From: Candidatus Multivoradales bacterium
GTDB lineage: Bacteria; Acidobacteriota; Thermoanaerobaculia; Multivoradales; JAHEKO01
DNA: 64,000 nt
Assembly: GCA_965223855.1 (NCBI GenBank)
Contig: CBDCXM010000009.1
Span: forward strand, 2,193,054 to 2,257,053
Reading direction: 5' to 3'
Shown here: one piece after another, positions 28,032 through 36,631 of the stretch
Layout of the letters: every line of letters begins with the position of its first letter
How positions within the stretch are numbered: position 1 is the stretch's first letter
Notes under the pieces: generated by a model
Database searches by the model: none
Seen by the model: only the letters and a program-made list of their open reading frames with translations
What the model was told of the DNA's origin: nothing
Program-made: the position numbers and the translations under genes

Positions 28032-28566
28032 TCCGCGCATCGACGCGCCGATCTCGGTCGGGAAGATTCACAAGCCGCACGGCGTGCGCGGCGAGGTGGT
28101 GGTCGAGTCGTTCTCGGACCTTCCCGCCCGCTACGAGAAGGGCTCGGTGCTCACGGCTCGGCCCCCCGAGGCGCGACCGCGTCGGTTGACGGTGGCGTCC
28201 GCGCGCCCCCACCGCCGTGGGCTGCTGGTGCGCTTCGACGAGTTCGAGGACCGAGACGTCGCCGAAGAGCTTCGGGGCGCCGTCCTGACGATCGATGCAC
28301 ACGAGGCGACTCAGGCTCCCGAGGGCGGCTACTTCCACTACCAGCTACTGGGATGTACGTGCTCGGATCGCTCGCACGGGCCGATGGGGACGGTGACCGA
28401 AGTGCTCGACGACGGCGGCGGCCAGATCCTCGTCGTCGGCGACGACAGCGGCGACTGGCTCGTGCCGTTCGTCAAGGCCTATCTCGTCGCCGTCGATCCG
28501 GAAGCGAAGACGATCACCTTCGACCTGCCGGAGGGGCTGCTCGAAGCATGCAGATCCGGATCCTGA
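28006..28566 (+). CDS. rimM: Ribosome maturation factor RimM
   Basis: 'ISVGKIHKPHGVRGEVVVESFSD' plus a PRC-barrel C-terminus. Start position is uncertain by a few codons. Confidence 0.8.
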   Translation: MSSRFSTTDPRIDAPISVGKIHKPHGVRGEVVVESFSDLPARYEKGSVLTARPPEARPRRLTVASARPHRRGLLVRFDEFEDRDVAEELRGAVLTIDAHEATQAPEGGYFHYQLLGCTCSDRSHGPMGTVTEVLDDGGGQILVVGDDSGDWLVPFVKAYLVAVDPEAKTITFDLPEGLLEACRSGS

Positions 28567-29282
28567 CGATCTTCCCGGAACTGATCGACGCCTTCCTCTC
28601 CGCGTCGCTGATCGGAAAAGCGATCGAGGCGGGACGCCTGGAGGTCACGGCGATCGACGTGCGCGACTTCGCGACCGATCGTCACCGCACCGTCGACGAC
28701 GTTCCCTACGGCGGCGGAGGAGGGATGGTGATGAAAGCCGAACCGTGGCTGGCGGCGGTGCGAACCTCGGCAGGAGAGGGCGCCCATCGAGTGCTGCTGT
28801 CGCCCCAGGGGACCCGCCTCGACGAGGGTGTCGTGCGTCGTCTCGCCTCGATCGACGAGCTCGTTCTGCTGTGCGGCCGCTACGAAGGGATCGACGAGCG
28901 TGTACGCGAGGCGGTGGTCGACGAGGAGCTGTCGATCGGCGACTTCGTTCTGTCGGGCGGGGAGGTCGCGGCGATGGCGGTGGTCGAGACGATCTCGAGA
29001 CAGATCCCGGGGGTCGTGGGGCTGGCGGACTCGGTCGAACAGGACAGCTTTCGCCACGGACTGCTCGATCATCCGCACTACACCCGGCCGCGCGAGGTGG
29101 AAGGGCGTCCGGTGCCGGAGGTGCTGCTCTCCGGTGACCACGAGGCGGTGAGGCGGTGGCGCAGGGAGGCGGCGCTCCGGGCGACCTGGGAGAAGCGACC
29201 CGATCTGCTCGACGAAGCAGGTCTGTCGGCCGAGGACCGCGCCTTCCTCGAACGGCTCGAGGGAGCGGATTCCGGAGGGTGA
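28548..29282 (+). CDS. trmD: tRNA (guanine37-N1)-methyltransferase TrmD
   Basis: 'MQIRILTIFPELIDAFLSASLIGKAIEAG', 'DDVPYGGGGGMVM', 'LLCGRYEGIDERV' (SPOUT knot). Confidence 0.9.
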   Translation: MQIRILTIFPELIDAFLSASLIGKAIEAGRLEVTAIDVRDFATDRHRTVDDVPYGGGGGMVMKAEPWLAAVRTSAGEGAHRVLLSPQGTRLDEGVVRRLASIDELVLLCGRYEGIDERVREAVVDEELSIGDFVLSGGEVAAMAVVETISRQIPGVVGLADSVEQDSFRHGLLDHPHYTRPREVEGRPVPEVLLSGDHEAVRRWRREAALRATWEKRPDLLDEAGLSAEDRAFLERLEGADSGG

Positions 29283-29313
29283 TACCCGGCCGGCAGCTCC
29301 CTGCCGAAGAGGC

Positions 29314-29342
29314 TTGCCAAAGCGGGCGATCGGCCCGATAAT
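29314..29342 (+). promoter_or_regulatory. Near-consensus sigma70 promoter inside the ribosomal cluster, upstream of rplS
   Basis: 'TTGCCA' (29314-29319), a 17-nt spacer, then 'GATAAT' (29337-29342). It is followed by a GC-rich, roughly 100-nt leader containing the hairpin 'CGCCCGCGTGCGAACGCGGGG'. Confidence 0.5.
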
Positions 29343-29447
29343 AGGCGGCTCGCCCGCGTGCGAACGCGGGGAGGAGTCCGTGCCGGGAGAGCCAGCCGCT
29401 GAAGGCGTCTCCGCACAGGGCGGACTCGCTACCAGCAGGGGATCGTC

Positions 29448-29861
29448 ATGAACAAGTTGCAAGAGATCGAAAGCGCGTATCTGCGCACCGACATTCCGGA
29501 CTTTCGCGCCGGTGACACGCTCAAGGTTCACGTCAAGGTGCGCGAGGGCGGCAAGGAGCGGATCCAGATCTTCCAGGGGGTCGTGATCGGCCGCAAGGGC
29601 GACGGCACCCGGGAAAGCTTCACGGTGCGCAAGATCTCCGGCGGCATCGGCGTCGAGAGGGTCTTTCCCCTCAACTCGCCGATGATCGACAAGGTCGAGG
29701 TCGTTCGCTTCGGCCAGGTTCGCAGGGCGAAGCTCTTCTACCTCCGCTCGCTGCGGGGCAAGAAGGCGCGCATCGAAGAGCGGCGGGTCGATCCGGCGAA
29801 GCTGGCGGCGGCGAAGGTCGCGCCGGTCGTGGTCGCCGACGACAGCTCGGAAGAAGAGTAG
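29448..29861 (+). CDS. rplS: 50S ribosomal protein L19
   Basis: '[51 protein letters not shown]...', with a short K/A/E-rich C-terminal tail. Confidence 0.9.
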   Translation: MNKLQEIESAYLRTDIPDFRAGDTLKVHVKVREGGKERIQIFQGVVIGRKGDGTRESFTVRKISGGIGVERVFPLNSPMIDKVEVVRFGQVRRAKLFYLRSLRGKKARIEERRVDPAKLAAAKVAPVVVADDSSEEE

Positions 29862-29909
29862 CGGCAGCCTCGGAAAGCCCCCGTCCGAGCGCTTCGCACG
29901 GAGAGTGAC

Positions 29910-30563
29910 GTGGCCACCATGGGACAGCTTCTGGCGGAAACCTGCCGGCTCAGCCTGCTCACGGGGGTCGATCAACTGTTCCTCGACTTCGGCTTCGAGG
30001 CGTGCGCGGGCGTCGACGAGGCGGGGCGCGGCGCGCTGGCGGGGCCGGTGGTCGCCGCGGCCGTCGTCGTCGATCCTGCGGTGACGGTGCCGGGCGTCGA
30101 CGACAGCAAGGTGCTCTCGGCCGAGGAACGGGCTCGACTCGCCACGGCGATCCGGCGCTCGGCGCGCGGATCGGCGGTCGTCGCGGTCTCCGCGGCGCGC
30201 ATCGAGCAGGTGAACATCCTCGAGGCGACGAAGCTGGCGATGTCCCGCGCCCTGGCCGAGGTCAGGCCGCGGCCCGACTGCGCCCTCGTCGATGCGGTGC
30301 GGCTGGAGACCGACTTCCCGGCTCTGGGCCTCGTGCGCGGCGACGGGGTCAGCTACAGCGTGGCGAGTGCCTCCATCCTCGCCAAGTACGAGCGGGATCG
30401 ACGGATGATCGAGCTCGACGAGCGCTACCCGGTGTATGGGTTCGCGCGCCACAAGGGGTATGCGGCGGCGGAGCATCTCGAGGCGCTGCGGCGCTACGGC
30501 CCCTGTCCTGAGCATCGCCTGACGTTCCGGTCGGTGCTGCCGCGCGAAGGGGAGGTGAACTGA
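29910..30563 (+). CDS. rnhB: Ribonuclease HII
   Basis: 'CAGVDEAGRGALAGPVVAAAVVV', 'DDSKVLSAEERARL', 'VDAVRL...GDGVSYSVASASILAKYERDRRM'. Confidence 0.9.
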   Translation: MATMGQLLAETCRLSLLTGVDQLFLDFGFEACAGVDEAGRGALAGPVVAAAVVVDPAVTVPGVDDSKVLSAEERARLATAIRRSARGSAVVAVSAARIEQVNILEATKLAMSRALAEVRPRPDCALVDAVRLETDFPALGLVRGDGVSYSVASASILAKYERDRRMIELDERYPVYGFARHKGYAAAEHLEALRRYGPCPEHRLTFRSVLPREGEVN

Positions 30564-33328
30564 TGGCAAGTCGGCAGAGAGTGATCCAGAGCGCCGAGAA
30601 GCTGGTGGCTCGCGGACGGATCCAGGCGGCGATCGACGAGTACCGCAAGGTGCTCGACCGGCATCCGAACGACACCAGCACCCTCAATCGGGTCGGCGAT
30701 CTCTACGCCCGCCTCAACCGGATGCCCAAAGCGATCGAGCTGTTCCAGCAGACCGCGGAGAGCTTCGCCCGCCAGGGCTTCTTCGTGAAGGCGATCGCGA
30801 TCTACAAGAAGATCATCCGCCTCGATCCGGGGCAGATCCGCGCTTACGAGAGTCTGGCGGATCTCTACCATCGCCAGGGGCTGACCAACGACTCGATCGC
30901 GCAGTACCAGGTGGTCGCCGACTACTACGAGAAGCATGCCGATACCGAGGCGGCGATCGACGTCTACTACAACATGGTGACGATCGAGCCGGGCAACCCG
31001 ACCCGCCGCCTCCAACTCGCCGGCATGCTGGATCGCGCCGACCGCAAGCCGCAGGCGTTGGAGCAGTACTACGAGATCGGCTCACTGATGCTCGAGCACT
31101 CGCGTGGCGATGACGCACTTCGGGTCTTCAAGGAGGCCCTCGAGGTCGATGCGTCCAACCTCGACTTCGTGCGCAAGGCGATGGGGGCGCTCGCCGGCGA
31201 GGGCTTCGACGCACTGAGCCGGGCGCTGCTCGAGGCGGCGATCGAGAAGAACCCGCAGGCCAAGGCGCTGAGGATCGAACAGCTCGATCCGAGTCCCGAG
31301 GTGGCAGCGTCGGCGCCTCAGCCGAGCGAGGTGGCGAGCGTCGAGGAGCCCGCCGCCGAGGAGCCGGCGGTCGACGAGACGATCGACGAGGTCGCCGAGG
31401 ACGAAGCGGAGCCTGCTCGCGAGCCGCGTGAGGAGGCGCCGGAGACCGTCGGGGACGAGGCGGCCGAGGAGGAGACGCCGGACGCGGCGATCGAGGAAGA
31501 CGCGGAGGTCGTCGCTAGCGAAGAGACCTCGATCGAGGAGCCCGAAGACACACCGGCGGCGCTCTCCGAGCCCGTCGAGACAGCGAGTGACGACGGTGCC
31601 GCCGATCTCGAGTTCGACCTTTCCGAGATCGCCGACCTCGCGGGCGGGATCGATCCGATCGTCGAGCCGGCGACGAAGGAGGAGACCACGGCTCCCGCCG
31701 CCGAGGCAACCGAGGAAGAGGCGGGCCTCGTTCTCGATCTCGACGAGGCCGAAGCAGGAGGGTTCGAACTCGAGGACGAGACGGAAGAGGAACGGTCGTC
31801 TGCAGCCGCGGAGGACAGCTCGCCGGCAGTCGAGGACGCCTCCCGAGAGGCGCCCCTCACCGCGCTCGAACTGGAGCTCGCCAACGAGCTGGAGGCGGTG
31901 AGGGAGGAGCTGCGGCCGGCGGCCGGAGCGGAGACGATTCGTGGCGCTGGTGACGATGCCGCCGCAGAGCAGAGCGAGGCCGCCGAGACCGTGGCCGAGA
32001 AGATCGTCTCCGAGGACATCGTTTCCGAGGACGAGGAGAAGGTGCGCAAGCAACTCGTCGAAGCGGAGGTGCTGTCGCGCTACGGCATGGACGTGATGGC
32101 GGTCACGGTGCTCGAGAAGATTCTCAAGGACGAGCCTGCCCATCGCGAGGCGCTGGCGCGGACCGTGCTCCTCCAGGTGAAGCTCGACCGGATGGACGAG
32201 GCTCTCGTAGGAGCCAACCAGCTCGCCGATCTGGTTGCGGCCGAAGGGGAGACCGAGACCTGGGGGGCGCTGTGCCACGTCCTGGACGAGAAGGGCTTCC
32301 GGCTGGAGGAGGGGCGGTTCGTAGGCGAGGTCGTCGAGGTAGCGGAACCGGAGCCCGAAGCCGAGGTCGAGCCCGAAGCTCGGGCCGAACCGGAAGAGCA
32401 GCCCGCCGCTCGAGAAGAGTTCTCGCTCGACCAGATCGTCGAGGAGGTAGAGGTCGAGGCGCGCGAGTCGCGCAAGCCGGTTCAGTCGTTGGACGTGCTC
32501 GCCGAGGTGATCCAGGAGATCGAAGGCGAGTCCGACTCAAAGGGCGCCGACGAGGACGAGCGCTGGTTGGAAGAACTCGATGCGGAGGAGGCCGCCGTCT
32601 CGGACGAAGACGCGACGTCCAGGGTGGCCGACGACGAGCGTGCAGCCGAAGTGGCGCCTGCCGCCGATTCCGGGTCGGCGGAGTCACTGGCCGAAACCCC
32701 GGCATCCGAGGCCTCGCCTCCGGCCGAGGAAGCCGCACCGCCGGCGGTACCGCAGTCGCCGTCCGTGCCGACGATCGACCTGCCTCCCGGGATCGAGGCG
32801 CCGAGCCCCGACGAGGGTTTCGTGGACCTGGCGGGCGAGCTCGAACAGGAGCTGGCGAGAGAGGTCGGCGAACTCAGCGATGAACTCGAGTCCGGCATGC
32901 GGGAGCAGTCGCTCGAGGACATCGTCGAGGGGTTCCGCCAGGGGATGGCGGAAACGCTGTCCGACGAGGACTTCGACACCCATTTCAACCTCGGCGTTGC
33001 CTACAGCGAGATGGGGCTGACCGACGAGGCGATCGGCGAGTTCCAGATGGCCGCCAAGGATCCTCGTTACCTGGTTCAGAGCTGCTCGCTGCTCGCGAGC
33101 TGCTTCGTCGAGAAAGGCTTCAACGATCTCGCCATTCAGTCCTACGAGACCGGCCTCGCCTCTCCGGTGCTGGAGGAGGACGAGCGCCTCGGGCTCCTCT
33201 ACGAACTCGGCTCCCTGCTGGTGGCGACGGGTGAGCCCGAGGCCGCCCGCGAGAAGTTCCTCGAGATCTACGGCACGAACTCCAACTACCGCGACGTCGT
33301 CGCCCGTCTCGAAGAGCTGCGGGAGTAG
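30563..33328 (+). CDS. TPR-repeat protein with a roughly 500-aa acidic low-complexity central linker
   Basis: N-terminal TPR-like helices over about 230 aa ('AIELFQQTAESFARQGFFVKAIAIYKKIIRLDPGQIRAYESLADLYHRQG...'). An E/A/P/D-rich region runs about 31.27-32.85 kb. The C-terminal TPRs are 'HFNLGVAYSEMGLTDEAIGEFQMAAKDPRYLVQSCSLLASCFVEKGFNDLAIQSYETGLA'. The start overlaps the rnhB stop (ATGA). Confidence 0.7.
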   Translation: MASRQRVIQSAEKLVARGRIQAAIDEYRKVLDRHPNDTSTLNRVGDLYARLNRMPKAIELFQQTAESFARQGFFVKAIAIYKKIIRLDPGQIRAYESLADLYHRQGLTNDSIAQYQVVADYYEKHADTEAAIDVYYNMVTIEPGNPTRRLQLAGMLDRADRKPQALEQYYEIGSLMLEHSRGDDALRVFKEALEVDASNLDFVRKAMGALAGEGFDALSRALLEAAIEKNPQAKALRIEQLDPSPEVAASAPQPSEVASVEEPAAEEPAVDETIDEVAEDEAEPAREPREEAPETVGDEAAEEETPDAAIEEDAEVVASEETSIEEPEDTPAALSEPVETASDDGAADLEFDLSEIADLAGGIDPIVEPATKEETTAPAAEATEEEAGLVLDLDEAEAGGFELEDETEEERSSAAAEDSSPAVEDASREAPLTALELELANELEAVREELRPAAGAETIRGAGDDAAAEQSEAAETVAEKIVSEDIVSEDEEKVRKQLVEAEVLSRYGMDVMAVTVLEKILKDEPAHREALARTVLLQVKLDRMDEALVGANQLADLVAAEGETETWGALCHVLDEKGFRLEEGRFVGEVVEVAEPEPEAEVEPEARAEPEEQPAAREEFSLDQIVEEVEVEARESRKPVQSLDVLAEVIQEIEGESDSKGADEDERWLEELDAEEAAVSDEDATSRVADDERAAEVAPAADSGSAESLAETPASEASPPAEEAAPPAVPQSPSVPTIDLPPGIEAPSPDEGFVDLAGELEQELAREVGELSDELESGMREQSLEDIVEGFRQGMAETLSDEDFDTHFNLGVAYSEMGLTDEAIGEFQMAAKDPRYLVQSCSLLASCFVEKGFNDLAIQSYETGLASPVLEEDERLGLLYELGSLLVATGEPEAAREKFLEIYGTNSNYRDVVARLEELRE

Positions 33329-33336
33329 CGCCTGGC

Positions 33337-34452
33337 GTGATTGAAGATCGCAAGGTCGCGTGGGCGGTCGCGGCCGGGATCGCACTGTTCCTCATCGCCC
33401 TCCTGTTCTCCGAGAAGGTGCAGCGGGAGCTGCGGCCGGAGCTCGTCGGTGCGCACGTCGGTATCGAGATCGAGGGCAGCGGCGTGGCGCGCGTCGGGAC
33501 GGTCGAGGTCACTGCGGGCACGGCGGCGACTCTTCACGCCGTCCTCGAGGGACGGAAGCGCTCGGGAGAGGCGATCTACTACAGCGAAGCCTCGGCGATC
33601 GAGCTCGACGGCAAGCGGGTGGAAGAGTCGTCGATCGAGCCGTGGCCGGGGCCCGAGGAGGTGCGGATCCTCTGGTTCTCGGTCGAGGGTCCGCGGCCGC
33701 TCGTGGAGCTGCGCGGGGAAGATGGTCTCGAGCGGGTTCGCTTTCAGGAGGTCTACCGCTCCGACTGGCCGCGCGGGTGGTCGATTCCCGCGAGTCTCAA
33801 GCCGGCGCGCGCCAACTGGACGGCGGAGGTCCGTGCTCTGCGCGGAGATCCGTTCGGCACCCAGCGCTACCAGGTCCGGGTCGAACTCTTCGGCCAGGCG
33901 AGCCAGCTCGTGCCGCTCGCGAGCTTCGATTCTGCGGGGGTCGACGAGGTCATCACGCTGGGACGAGCCTTCCCGACCCTCGTCGCGACGCTCCCGGAGC
34001 GCCTCGCTCTGGCGTCTCGTGTCTTCGGGCTGACCCAGGTCCGCTGGGGTGATTCGCCCCCCGAAGCCGCCGTCACGGTCCTCCAGTCGTGGTTCGAGAG
34101 CGATCTCGCCTACTCGCGCGTCCTGCTGCTTCGGCGGATGCTCGATCGGGCGGGAGCGCGTCTGGAGTCGCTCGAGTGGACCGCCGTCGACCTCGCGGCG
34201 GGACCCGACTGGAATCCCGACGGGGAACAGGGCGCGGTGGGCCCCGGGGACCTTCTGCGCGCCGGAGACCGCGTGGTCGTCCTGTTCGAGGACCGGGGAA
34301 CCGCCGGCCGGCTCGATCTCGATGACCTCTGTTTCGACTTCGAGGACGGCGCCGATGTCGTTCGACTGGGCGAGATATTCTCCGGCGAAGGTCTGGTGGA
34401 GCATGCGGCGTTGCAGCCGTCGGCGGCCCGGACGGGCGAGGAGGACGTGTGA
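33337..34452 (+). CDS. Hypothetical protein with an N-terminal membrane anchor
   Basis: 371 aa. N-terminal TM 'VAWAVAAGIALFLIALLFS'. No motif recognised in the remainder. It lies 9 nt after the TPR gene and overlaps the next gene start (GTGA), which suggests co-transcription. Confidence 0.5.
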   Translation: MIEDRKVAWAVAAGIALFLIALLFSEKVQRELRPELVGAHVGIEIEGSGVARVGTVEVTAGTAATLHAVLEGRKRSGEAIYYSEASAIELDGKRVEESSIEPWPGPEEVRILWFSVEGPRPLVELRGEDGLERVRFQEVYRSDWPRGWSIPASLKPARANWTAEVRALRGDPFGTQRYQVRVELFGQASQLVPLASFDSAGVDEVITLGRAFPTLVATLPERLALASRVFGLTQVRWGDSPPEAAVTVLQSWFESDLAYSRVLLLRRMLDRAGARLESLEWTAVDLAAGPDWNPDGEQGAVGPGDLLRAGDRVVVLFEDRGTAGRLDLDDLCFDFEDGADVVRLGEIFSGEGLVEHAALQPSAARTGEEDV

Positions 34453-35453
34453 GCACGACAGTGACGCTGATCGAGGGTGACGGCATCGGGCCGGAGGTGA
34501 CGGGAGCGGCGGTCCGGGTGGTCGAGGCCACCGGGGCACGGATCGAATGGGAACCTCACGTCGCCGGAGTGGAGGCGATGGAGAAGCATGGCGAGCCGTT
34601 GCCGCAGACCGTGCTCGATTCGATCGTCCGCAACAAGGTGGCGCTCAAGGGACCGGTGACGACACCGGTCGGCAAGGGATTCCGCTCGGTCAATGTGCAG
34701 TTGCGCAAGGCGCTCGAGCTGTTCGCCAATCTGCGGCCGGTCGAGACGCTCCCCAACGTTCCGTCGCGCTACCAGGACGTCGATCTGGTGGTGGTGAGGG
34801 AGAACACCGAGGGCCTCTACAGCGGCATCGAGCACACCGTCGTCGACGGTGTCGTCGAGAGCCTCAAGATTGTCACCCGCAAGGCGTCGACGCGGATCGC
34901 GAAGTTCGCCTTTGACTATGCCCGTGCCAACGGCCGCAAGCGGGTGACCTCGGTCCACAAGGCCAACATCATGAAGCTCTCGGACGGCCTCTTCCTCCAG
35001 TGTTGCCGGGAGGTGGGGGAGGGCTACGACGACGTCGAGTTCGACGACCGGATCATCGACGCCTGCTGCATGCAGCTCGTCACCCGACCCGAGACCTTCG
35101 ACGTTCTGGTGCTGCCGAACCTCTACGGCGACATCGTCTCCGACCTGGCGGCCGGGCTGGTCGGCGGCCTCGGAATGACTCCGGGGGCGAACCTCGGCGA
35201 GGAGCTGGCGGTGTTCGAGGCGGTCCACGGCAGCGCACCCGACATCGCCGGGCAGAACCTCGCCAACCCGTCGGCCGTCCTGCAGTCGGCGGCGCTCATG
35301 CTCGAGCACCTGGCGATGCGGCAGGAGGCGGCGCGGTTGCGCGGGGCGCTACGCTCGGTCCTCGCCTCGGGAGTGCGGACCGGCGATCTCGGCGGCGAGG
35401 CGAGCACGACCGAGTTCACCGACGCGCTGGTGCGCGAGATCGAGTCGAGCTGA
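34449..35453 (+). CDS. NAD-type isocitrate dehydrogenase / isopropylmalate-dehydrogenase family (334 aa)
   Basis: '[13 protein letters not shown]', 'VRENTEGLYSGIEH', 'NLYGDIVSDLAAGLVGGLGMTPGANLG'. Its size and motifs fit the short NAD-dependent IDH/IPMDH/HICDH subfamily. Substrate specificity cannot be assigned by eye. Confidence 0.75.
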   Translation: MSTTVTLIEGDGIGPEVTGAAVRVVEATGARIEWEPHVAGVEAMEKHGEPLPQTVLDSIVRNKVALKGPVTTPVGKGFRSVNVQLRKALELFANLRPVETLPNVPSRYQDVDLVVVRENTEGLYSGIEHTVVDGVVESLKIVTRKASTRIAKFAFDYARANGRKRVTSVHKANIMKLSDGLFLQCCREVGEGYDDVEFDDRIIDACCMQLVTRPETFDVLVLPNLYGDIVSDLAAGLVGGLGMTPGANLGEELAVFEAVHGSAPDIAGQNLANPSAVLQSAALMLEHLAMRQEAARLRGALRSVLASGVRTGDLGGEASTTEFTDALVREIESS

Positions 35454-35462
35454 CGGCCGCAG

Positions 35463-36530
35463 CTACTGCTGAATCAGGTGGCGGCTCGCCGTCGGCAGGG
35501 CCAGTCGCACCCCGGCTGCGTCGAGGCGCCGCTTGATCCCCATGTGGGTCTCGTGGACCCGCTGCATCCAGTTGCCGAGATCGGTGATCCAGTAGACCAC
35601 CTCGATCTCGAGCGAGTACTCACCGAAGCGGACGAAGCGCACCAGGATGTTGTCGCTGTCGGTCCCTTCCTGGTCGCGCAACGCCTGGTAGAGGGTCTCG
35701 ATCGCGGTATCGACCTCGTCGGCGCTGGAGTGGAACGGCAGGCCGAGGACGAAGCTGCGGCGACGGGCGACGCGGCTCGAGAAGTTCTCGATCGAGCTGT
35801 CGGCGACGGTGCTGTTCGGAATCGTCACGACCGTCCCCTGCTCGGTCTTGAGCCGGGTGCTGCGCAGCCCGATCTCGACCACCTCGCCGGAGTGCCCGGC
35901 GACGGCGACCCAGTCCTCGAGCTGGAACGGCTTGTCCCAGAAGAGGGTGATGCCGGCGATGACGTTCTTGAGCGCGTCCTGGGCCGCGAGAGCGATCGCG
36001 AGACCGCCGATGCCCAGCCCGGCGAGCACCGAGAGAATGTCGTAGCCCATGTTCGAGAGGACGACGATCGTCGCCAGGAGCGCGACGATCCCCTTCACCA
36101 GCTTGCGCAGGATCGGCAGGAGCTGGTCGTCGAGCTTGCTGTCGGTCCCCTGGACTCGCGGCTCGAGGTAGCGGCGGGTGAAGATGTCGATCACCCTCAG
36201 GACCAGCCAGGTGACGGCGAAGGTGACGATCACCAGAGAACCGGCGCGCAGCGCCTTGTCCGCCTCCGGTGCGAGCGTGAGGAACGCCTTGCCGAAGTGG
36301 AGGGCGGCGCCGAACAGCGCCAGGACGAACGGCTCCCGCGCGCCGCCGACGAGGTCGTCGTCCAGCTCGGTCTCGGTGCGCTCGGCCGCGCGCTGGATCT
36401 GGTGGCGGAAGAGGAAGTGGACCAGCTTGCCGAGGATGACGGCCGCGGCGAGCGTGCCGAAGAAGTAGAGGTACTGCAGCAGGGTGTTGCCGAAGTAGGT
36501 CCGCTCGAGGAGCTCGCGCAACTCGTCCAT
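35463..36530 (-). CDS. Small-conductance mechanosensitive channel (MscS family)
   Basis: TM helices plus the MscS beta-domain 'GITLFWDKPFQLEDWVAVAGHSGEVVEIGLRSTRLKTEQGTVVTIPNSTV'. Confidence 0.85.
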   Translation of the reverse strand: MDELRELLERTYFGNTLLQYLYFFGTLAAAVILGKLVHFLFRHQIQRAAERTETELDDDLVGGAREPFVLALFGAALHFGKAFLTLAPEADKALRAGSLVIVTFAVTWLVLRVIDIFTRRYLEPRVQGTDSKLDDQLLPILRKLVKGIVALLATIVVLSNMGYDILSVLAGLGIGGLAIALAAQDALKNVIAGITLFWDKPFQLEDWVAVAGHSGEVVEIGLRSTRLKTEQGTVVTIPNSTVADSSIENFSSRVARRRSFVLGLPFHSSADEVDTAIETLYQALRDQEGTDSDNILVRFVRFGEYSLEIEVVYWITDLGNWMQRVHETHMGIKRRLDAAGVRLALPTASRHLIQQ

Positions 36531-36631
36531 ATCGCCTCCAGTCAGGGGGGTCGCTCAGTCGGGATCGGCGGTGACGCTACCAGATCGCCAGCGCCACCAG
36601 ATCGCCACTACCACCGGATCGCTGGAGTGGC

